In this document: piece after piece, positions 9,001-15,318 of the stretch
Position numbering within the stretch: the first letter of the stretch is position 1
Layout of the letters: each line of letters starts with the position of its first letter
Notes under the pieces: generated by a model
The model's input: only the letters and a program-made list of their open reading frames with translations
Database searches by the model: none
What the model was told of the DNA's origin: nothing
IMG/VR virus record: IMGVR_UViG_3300048882_000144
Location: 1-26,787 of that record
Direction: 5' to 3' (one strand)
DNA from: a virus
Taxonomy: Duplodnaviria > Caudoviricetes
DNA: 26,787 bases
Position numbers and translations under genes: made by a program

Positions 9001-12000
9001 CCTATGTGTTCTAATATGAGCAATCTCAACCAAACAGTTTGTGAAGATATGGGAGATACTTGGAATGCTATGCCACCATCATCTTGTGATGATGGAACCT
9101 CTCCTGACCATATTCAATGTGAAGCCGCTGGTGGAACGTGGACTTGGGAATTCCCTAGTTCTTGTGCTTCAACTGAAGCATCTTGTAATGCTGTTGGACA
9201 TTCTTGGGGTTACTTTACTCTTGCTGAATTACCACCACTTAAAGGACATGTATCATACTTCGTTAAAGGTGAGTTGGTTGATAGACAACGTGGTCGTATG
9301 GCAGACCCTCTTACAAGAGAACAAGCAAGACAATTAATTGATGGTGATATTGCTTCGGTAACACTTTACGACAACGTTGGAGCTTTAGATAAAGAAGGTC
9401 ATCCAACATATGATGAATTTGAAATTACTATTGGTGGTACAATTACAAACATTTGGGGTGAAATCACTTCAGGTCACTATCACGAATATACAGTAACTTA
9501 CGACGCAGGTTGGGAAACTAAACAAGATTGGCGTGGTAACGATATGACTCATGGTTTTGTGTACACTCCAGTAACAACTTGGTTGTGTTTTAACTATAAA
9601 CCAGACTTACCTGTAGACCCTACTATTATGGCAGGAATGGATTTCTTAGGAAACACTTGGCCACAAAACGTATTCTTAGATGTTCCTGATTCCTATGTTG
9701 GTGGGTTCTTAATGAACCCCGATATTACATTACAACACAATCAAATTTGGTCTCCAGAATTAAACCCTAACGTTGATTGGGTAGAAATTTATTCATCTAA
9801 CTTTATTCAAGACGTTCCTGGTTCGGGTAACATTGACGACTTGATTGGTGTGCAGCAGGTGGCCGTTAATACTGATATTGCTACAATAGAAGCATATCCT
9901 GGAATGAATGAAGACTACATTGTGTTGGTTGATCAATCAGGTTTCCTTTACTTACAAAAGGTTGCAGGAGAATGTTCAGATAATACTTCTGTCAATAAAG
10001 CAGACTGCGTAACAAACTTATCTACTTGGGCAGTTCCTGATACAGCACCATTGTTGTTCATGGACTTATCTTCATTACAACACGTTATCGGTCTAGGTTC
10101 TTTTGCGAACTATGACGAACGTGGTGTATTAGGTTTAGCATTCCACCCAGATTATTCTAACAATGGTAAATTCTACGTTTACTATATGACAGAACAAGGC
10201 GGAGGCACAGGTGCTTGGGGATTCCCATTATCTACAACTGTTATATCCGAGTTTACTGCTACTTTTGGTGGTAATTGGGACGTTGCTGATGTTTCGTCAG
10301 AAAGAATTCTACTAGAAGTTCCTCAACCAGACTTTAACCACAATGGTGGTGAGTTAGCATTTGGACCAGATGGTTACCTTTACATTGGTTTAGGTGATGG
10401 TGGTTCTGCTGGTGACGTATCATGGGCACAAGGACATGGTGGTCATGGTGACTACGGTAATGCTCAAAACCCTACAAACTTCTTAGGTAACATTTTAAGA
10501 ATTGACGTGGACTCAACTAACGGTTCAGTTCCTTATTCAATTCCTGCAGATAACCCTTTCATTAATTCAATATACAAAGAAGGACAAGCAGAAGCACAAC
10601 CGTTTAGACCTGAAATCTATGCATTCGGATTTAGAAATCCGTGGAGATTCTCGTTCGACGTGCAAGGCAGACTATGGTGTGCTGATGTTGGACAAGACAA
10701 ATTCGAAGAAGTGAACATTGTTGAGATTGGTGGCAACTATGGTTGGAGAGTAATGGAAGCATATCATTACTATGAAGAACAACAAAGCATTATTGACCAA
10801 ATCGCAATTGACTTAGGATATACTACTACGTTAGAATACTTGAGTGACTTGAAGAAACCTATACATGAATATTCTCATGGTACTGGTATTTCCATCTTAG
10901 GTGGATTTGTTTATCAGGGCACAGAAGTTCCGGAATTGACAGGCAAGTATGTCTTTGGTGACTGGGGCACGAACTGGGCAGGTACTAGTGGTAGATTATA
11001 CACACTAGAAGAAAACATTGCAGGACTTTCTGCGAACTTTAACGTATTACCAAACGCAGTCAACGGTGCAACACATAGTCATACATTGACTTTAACCGCA
11101 GCCGAGGTTGATTTTTTACACACAAATCCAGGAAGTCCAGTAGTAACAATACAAACCGACACGATTCATGCTGAGTTTTATGTTCATACATTTACGGTAA
11201 CATATAGTTCTGCTGATGAATTGTTCCACATTATAGGACAAACTAACCCAGAAGGACATGATATATTAGAGTTTATAGGTTGGTCTGACGATGTTGGTTA
11301 TACAAGAAAGTCTTTATCTTTCTGGGATCCAGTTACTGAAGTCGTTACACTGACTACGTTTGATGAATCGGTGTTGTCTATGGGCGAAGATTCAGCGGGA
11401 GAAATATATTTCTCAACACGTATGGGTATTAACACATTCCAACCGCCTTCAGGCGCGGGACCAGATAATACTAAAATCTTTAAGATTACAGACGCATATA
11501 GTTCAGTAGAAGTTCCTAATGCTCCTGAGCAAATTCCATCAACACAAAAAGCACATACTCACGGGTATAAAGTAACATACGACTTCGCAGAACAGATGTT
11601 TGACACTGTTGAAATTTCTGATATTGAAATGCCTGAATGGGACGCGTTCTGGCCAGATTGGACAGAAAACGAACCTGCTTCTCACGTTCACCCAGTTATT
11701 ACTGCATGGTCTCATGCAGTTGATGTACAAATTCCTTTAGGTTCTTCCGCTGGTTGGTACTACAATACAGACACCGAAGTTTGGGGTCCATATGACATCG
11801 GTGCTGATACAGCATGGGCACCTCCTGCGATCGATACTGGTGGTTACGTTACAATTGATGTTGCACCAAACCTTGTAGTGAGTATTGCGAATGAGTATGG
11901 AGCAGAAGGACATTTCCATTACTTTGACGATGTTATTTTAGATTCTTTTGGTGAAAACTACGGAAGACGTTCTAACTCATTAAGTCAAGTTGCCGCAGAA

Positions 12001-14091
12001 ATTCTCGCAAACCAAGAAGAAGGCACAATACATACTTTGTATTCTTCGATTGTAGATGACGGAGTTCGTCGTCATTATCACGGTTATGATATTACATATT
12101 CTGCAGCACAACGTACATTTGTATTAGAAGAGACATCAGAATGGGAAGAGGGTGTGCGTGATACAGGTGCGTACATATTAGTAGGAACGCAAACTCATGA
12201 GCATCCAACTTCAGTTGATGGGCTATTAACGTCTGTTGGTTGGAATGGAGATCCGTCGTTTGAGGCACCATCTGCTGTTATTGGTCAAGCGAATGACTGG
12301 GATAACCTTAATGGTTCTTTAATTCCGCATCAACATTACTTTAATGATACTTCGTTAGACCAAATTGGTCCTAACTCGGATAGAATAGCAAGTTACTTAT
12401 CAAACACACAAACTACGGATTTAATCTCAGGTGCTATTGATAATGTAACATTATATTCTTCAATTTACCAAAATCATTACCATGAGTATGATGTAACGTT
12501 TGACTCATTAAACAGTTCTTTGGTTATACAAGAAGTAGAGCAATGGGTATCTTCTGATAACCAACAATACTTTATTAGAACTCCTGCTGATCACAGACAC
12601 CCTGTTTCAGTAGACGGTATTCCTAGTGGAACAGGATACAATCAGGTTATATCAGTAAACAATTTGCCTATATTTGATTCTCCAGGTTTCCCTTATCCTG
12701 GTGGATCGCATCCACACTTCTTCAACAATACTGTTGTTGGACCATTCTCAGATGGCACTATTGATTATGCTGTTGGGTTAAGTGTCGACGAAGCATATAA
12801 ATTGATTGACGGAATTACAAATCAAGTTACCCTTTACGACTCTATCTCTGGTGGACATTTCCACTTATATATTGTTAAATGGGACGATTTGAATAATGTA
12901 TTCTATTGTACAAGTTCTGTTACATACGTTCGTGGTGGAATTGAAGATGCACTTCAAGATACTGGTAGATATTACCTATCGCAAATCTTAGGTCCATCTG
13001 AAGGGTTGCATTGGCATAACTTAACAATTGAATGGAATCCAAATAATGAAGCAGATGCTCAGCAAAGTGGTGGTTCTATTTACCAAACAAACATTGCAAG
13101 TTCGTATGAAACTTTAGTTAATCCACCTTCGGTTGAAGTTAATGTTAATACAACACCATTATCTCCTGTATCTACTAGTTATCCAGATACTCCAAGTGCA
13201 GGCGACGATACAACCATTATAACATATAGCGATTTGACGACGACTACTACTACGACAACTACAATCACAAATGTGACAGAAACTATTACAACTAATAGTT
13301 CAGACGGAACGAGTACTTCTACTGTATTACCTCCAGTAGTCACAACAGACGTAGACGTTACTGCATCTACGTTGACTATTGAAAACGAATTAAAACGTAA
13401 GACGTTTGTTAATAACATTTTACAAGTCAATAACCCACCGACTATATGGATCGGTTCTACGTTTATTGACGGTGAAGGTTCGCATGACCATTTACTATAT
13501 CAAGGTTGTTCTTTAGATACACAAGGACCATACTCAGGTAGAATGTGTGAACCTATTACTTTAGCAACTGCAAACTTATTAGTGAACTCGCAGGATTCTA
13601 CCTTCGGAACGGTTTGGTATGATTCACCTAACGGAAACATGGCACATTACCATAGTTACTCGTTGAAGTTTAACCCTTTCTTGGGCGACGACGGAACGTT
13701 CCTTGCGTTACCTATTAGTCAGTTTGATAGATTCCCTGGTTCGGGTACAAATGTTCATAAGTTTATGTTGAGTGGAGGTTTCCATACCCATACATATTTC
13801 CTAACGGAAACTGAATATGCTACTTTAGTTGGTGGAGGATTGGTTCAAACTTTCCAAGCAGACGCAATTCACGCAGAATTATATACACATACTTTAGTTA
13901 TTAGACTTGTGAATTTCCAATACCAAATTGTATCTCAGACTTCGGACTTTGATAATCACAATGTTGTTGTATATCAGGGTATGGTTGCTGAAGGTGGACA
14001 GTGGATTCAAAGTCAACAAGGTTCTGGACTAGGCGACCATATTCACTCTACTACGATTGATGAGACAAATATATGGCCGCTTCCGGCATAG
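6064..14091 (+). CDS. gp7: Giant baseplate wedge initiator gp7-like protein (2675 aa) with a large C-terminal cargo region
   Basis: The first ~345 aa carry gp7-type motifs (VPDYVQEDHPMFVTFMQKYFEYLE; NIKESYKEKGT..ALDFLFR; GYW....GFLSS.RKMQDNNYYQDFSYVIRS...KKLVHPVGLKLF). The gene sits between gp6 and gp8. The remainder holds Cys modules, a GSDH propeller, His repeats and a Thr-rich segment. Confidence 0.85.
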   Translation: MSNKQFTESPAKFLSIFVERMVPDYVQEDHPMFVTFMQKYFEYLERDADVNGELGEYKQISDLIQNVDIDHTLDQFIPEFEKQYLHNIPQEAIGVEVPTTNKAFLAKNIKESYKEKGTKSALDFLFRREFNTEAYVAYPKDFMLKSSGSVWYEPQWLVVSEAEEDVKKLYNKKVIGQISGASAFVDIEEFATMPEPERLILTQVEGSFVQGEEVWEEVGTSGTTPNKLTVVSDGVIAPATCYINGVAWSTTYGANVPQTKIACESLKETDNTIKTAVWLPNGYWVDSTGFLSSDRKMQDNNYYQDFSYVIRSDVPIQAYRDVLKKLVHPVGLKLFAEYMFESTVPMGTQLPEKYAAYLISIFAYLDVAVDVYPIGKCSDYQITDENLCIDSGATWTRGQSYRTTHRKTYDWTRPETFELQEDVIIPWNHMRWDGSTREDVVSGVPQGSGQDEVVVSGTIINTTLPKGEERYRTKVWKCSEPTGNYSYGNDAELLTASTNCFAAGGEWAQHIAGSNYSDMTDEWIFVDDQWKPESIYSKKETQIGEEHEGFEKFLDQGFEDYVLEILKKTEVRSEIADPLDWNHPTDHLLVDITTEADLIGTRLHSKLYQVFTMNENIKLGLDAFPEELVLAYYQQIKLLDIAEQHALDNTLNIRRTLKGIKEYQTTNSVCSDPSITAYAECVDGGACSDSTYNNDEYSCLNVGSCSSSANGLFTELLCEGAGFLWTAQAVANTWTASGNTWTHETVDWLGTYNEEFKATDGRMVGCEIWELLVAKGLESILEHQLTFVQVESYAPEQNYRFWEQNRENSIIQSIYGNTNDIIDAVHIEAFDVDGGIRTHTHGQVDGFAPMVDTVLTKGVDLPQMAVGASAFHTHAFDGTELKNLLVHGKSIDASGISYQQTRDLLNREAFEVPAMHGANLVCGGIMTPPLWGDWVDSHQDPRYNGNTHPYGGGECFNSIYDNPTDCVAAYGGNWMFWMPPMCSNMSNLNQTVCEDMGDTWNAMPPSSCDDGTSPDHIQCEAAGGTWTWEFPSSCASTEASCNAVGHSWGYFTLAELPPLKGHVSYFVKGELVDRQRGRMADPLTREQARQLIDGDIASVTLYDNVGALDKEGHPTYDEFEITIGGTITNIWGEITSGHYHEYTVTYDAGWETKQDWRGNDMTHGFVYTPVTTWLCFNYKPDLPVDPTIMAGMDFLGNTWPQNVFLDVPDSYVGGFLMNPDITLQHNQIWSPELNPNVDWVEIYSSNFIQDVPGSGNIDDLIGVQQVAVNTDIATIEAYPGMNEDYIVLVDQSGFLYLQKVAGECSDNTSVNKADCVTNLSTWAVPDTAPLLFMDLSSLQHVIGLGSFANYDERGVLGLAFHPDYSNNGKFYVYYMTEQGGGTGAWGFPLSTTVISEFTATFGGNWDVADVSSERILLEVPQPDFNHNGGELAFGPDGYLYIGLGDGGSAGDVSWAQGHGGHGDYGNAQNPTNFLGNILRIDVDSTNGSVPYSIPADNPFINSIYKEGQAEAQPFRPEIYAFGFRNPWRFSFDVQGRLWCADVGQDKFEEVNIVEIGGNYGWRVMEAYHYYEEQQSIIDQIAIDLGYTTTLEYLSDLKKPIHEYSHGTGISILGGFVYQGTEVPELTGKYVFGDWGTNWAGTSGRLYTLEENIAGLSANFNVLPNAVNGATHSHTLTLTAAEVDFLHTNPGSPVVTIQTDTIHAEFYVHTFTVTYSSADELFHIIGQTNPEGHDILEFIGWSDDVGYTRKSLSFWDPVTEVVTLTTFDESVLSMGEDSAGEIYFSTRMGINTFQPPSGAGPDNTKIFKITDAYSSVEVPNAPEQIPSTQKAHTHGYKVTYDFAEQMFDTVEISDIEMPEWDAFWPDWTENEPASHVHPVITAWSHAVDVQIPLGSSAGWYYNTDTEVWGPYDIGADTAWAPPAIDTGGYVTIDVAPNLVVSIANEYGAEGHFHYFDDVILDSFGENYGRRSNSLSQVAAEILANQEEGTIHTLYSSIVDDGVRRHYHGYDITYSAAQRTFVLEETSEWEEGVRDTGAYILVGTQTHEHPTSVDGLLTSVGWNGDPSFEAPSAVIGQANDWDNLNGSLIPHQHYFNDTSLDQIGPNSDRIASYLSNTQTTDLISGAIDNVTLYSSIYQNHYHEYDVTFDSLNSSLVIQEVEQWVSSDNQQYFIRTPADHRHPVSVDGIPSGTGYNQVISVNNLPIFDSPGFPYPGGSHPHFFNNTVVGPFSDGTIDYAVGLSVDEAYKLIDGITNQVTLYDSISGGHFHLYIVKWDDLNNVFYCTSSVTYVRGGIEDALQDTGRYYLSQILGPSEGLHWHNLTIEWNPNNEADAQQSGGSIYQTNIASSYETLVNPPSVEVNVNTTPLSPVSTSYPDTPSAGDDTTIITYSDLTTTTTTTTTITNVTETITTNSSDGTSTSTVLPPVVTTDVDVTASTLTIENELKRKTFVNNILQVNNPPTIWIGSTFIDGEGSHDHLLYQGCSLDTQGPYSGRMCEPITLATANLLVNSQDSTFGTVWYDSPNGNMAHYHSYSLKFNPFLGDDGTFLALPISQFDRFPGSGTNVHKFMLSGGFHTHTYFLTETEYATLVGGGLVQTFQADAIHAELYTHTLVIRLVNFQYQIVSQTSDFDNHNVVVYQGMVAEGGQWIQSQQGSGLGDHIHSTTIDETNIWPLPA
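9850..11490 (+). other. Glucose/sorbosone dehydrogenase (GSDH, PQQ-sugar-dehydrogenase/HHIP-like) beta-propeller domain within gp7
   Basis: Family motifs in the expected order: ERGVLGLAFHPDY..NGKFYVYY (10117), QPDFNHNGGELAFGPDGYLYIGLGDGG (His at 10339), LGNILRIDVD, YSIPADNPF, PEIYAFGFRNPWRFSFD (Arg at 10633), LWCADVGQDKFEEVN....GGNYGW, SILGGFVYQG...PEL.GKYVFGD, SMGEDSAGEIY. Boundaries are approximate. Confidence 0.9.
11554..14046 (+). repeat. Protein-level His-x-His repeat region in the gp7 C-terminus
   Basis: Units 11911-12204 (HFH/HYH/HEH), 12328-12600 (HQH/HYH/HRH), 12709-13017 (HPH/HFH/HWH) and 13483-14046 (HDH/HYH/HIH, with an inserted His domain), plus a partial unit at 11554-11691. 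Shared consensus: H.H.F...LD..G....R....L....A..L.......TLY.S.....HYH.Y..... Confidence 0.85.
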
Positions 14092-14107
14092 TAACTACAA
14101 AAAACGT

Positions 14108-14124
14108 TATAAATATTATAAATA
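14108..14124 (+). promoter_or_regulatory. Two tandem T4-type late promoters (TATAAATA at 14108-14115 and 14117-14124)
   Basis: tataaata-t-tataaata in the gp7-gp8 intergenic region, followed by an AGGAG RBS. Confidence 0.8.
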
Positions 14125-14162
14125 GAATTATTAAATAAAACATTTAACTTAGGAGTAAACAC

Positions 14163-15251
14163 ATGGGTGCAATTGTAACCAGTAAATTTAGAACTCAGAA
14201 CTTGATGGTTTTCATCGACCAGTTTAAAACCACTGGTGTTGCAGCTGATGATAACTTCTTGTACTTAGGATTTGGACGTTCGGATGCTTGGGCAGACGAC
14301 GTAAACGGAAATGACGAATCAAACGGTAACTTTATCTTACCAGACCCTTTAGACGAGGACGAGGCAAGATATTGGGCAGATATTGTGGGTGCTAAACGTA
14401 TTCAGGATGACGATATTTCTCCCGTACTTCCTCGTATTGACTGGGATAGTGGTGACCCATATGCTTTTGATGGTTCTGAAGGTGTAACAGGAATCCCTGA
14501 TGCTGGTCGTTCGTTTATTTCTATTGTTGGATCTCATTCTATTGCAATGAACACGGAGTACCGAGTGTATGAATGTGTGAAAGAGCCTGGTGGAGCATAC
14601 TGTGACGATTACACTAGCAATAGTGCAACTGACTGTGCAGCAGCTGGTGCAACTTGGACTGCAGAGACAAGTGGTTTTGGTAAATGTTACATTGGTGGTT
14701 CTTATTCAGCAATTCAAACGGATAGAACAACTTGTGAAGCAACTGCTGGTGGACTTTGGTTACCAAACGCTGCTTCTAATAGTCCTACTGGAGCGACAGG
14801 TGATGTTGCTCAAACTGTTGCTCAAGTAATTGACACACTAGACGGTTATGTATGGAGCTACCTATACAAACTAGAACTAAATGATATTATTAACTCAACT
14901 ACAAATGACTGGATGCCTGTAATTTACGGTGATTCTGTTCTTGCTGGTTCTGAACAAGCAGTGTTTGGTGATGCTAATGCTATCTTCTCTGCTAAATGTC
15001 ATCACGGACTAATTCACGTTAGACTTGAAACTTCTGATGGTTTCCCAGACAACGACGACTTCCGTCAAATTGGTTTACTACGTAACCCAGAGTTAGATGG
15101 TGGTGGTTCAAAGGCACAGTCTTCTGTGTATTCTGATGCTACGTTATCTTTAGAAGAAAATACTGGACAGTTGATTTATTTGGAAAACAGACGTGCAATT
15201 ACTCGTGCCCCTGACCAAATTGAGGACCTGAAACTTGTAGTAGAATTCTAA
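14163..15251 (+). CDS. gp8: Baseplate wedge subunit gp8
   Basis: AIVTSKFR..N; LYLGFGRSDAW; AKRI...DISPVLPRIDW; YRVYEC; DGYVWSYLY; DWMPV; DFRQIGLLRNP; G.LIYLENRRAITRA.DQIEDLKLVVEF. Confidence 0.93.
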   Translation: MGAIVTSKFRTQNLMVFIDQFKTTGVAADDNFLYLGFGRSDAWADDVNGNDESNGNFILPDPLDEDEARYWADIVGAKRIQDDDISPVLPRIDWDSGDPYAFDGSEGVTGIPDAGRSFISIVGSHSIAMNTEYRVYECVKEPGGAYCDDYTSNSATDCAAAGATWTAETSGFGKCYIGGSYSAIQTDRTTCEATAGGLWLPNAASNSPTGATGDVAQTVAQVIDTLDGYVWSYLYKLELNDIINSTTNDWMPVIYGDSVLAGSEQAVFGDANAIFSAKCHHGLIHVRLETSDGFPDNDDFRQIGLLRNPELDGGGSKAQSSVYSDATLSLEENTGQLIYLENRRAITRAPDQIEDLKLVVEF

Positions 15252-15270
15252 ATCCCTTTTAAACTAACTC

Positions 15271-15278
15271 TATAAATA
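15271..15278 (+). promoter_or_regulatory. T4-type late promoter TATAAATA inside an inverted repeat (15263-15288)
   Basis: Exact consensus upstream of the DUF4815-like gene; context actaactc-tataaatata-gggttagt. Confidence 0.8.
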
Positions 15279-15318
15279 TAGGGTTAGTGTAATTAGACAC
15301 TCATTTTAGGATAATACT

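Noticed and set aside
9850-11490. GSDH region as a separate auxiliary metabolic gene or host contamination
   Set aside because: It is in frame within gp7 with no stop or separate start evident, and it contains the same Cys and His insert modules as the surrounding phage proteins.
14072-14090. Small hairpin tatg-gccg-cttc-cggc-ata at the end of gp7 as a terminator
   Set aside because: It has only a 4-bp GC core with a bulged extension, lies inside the coding sequence and has no following U-tract.
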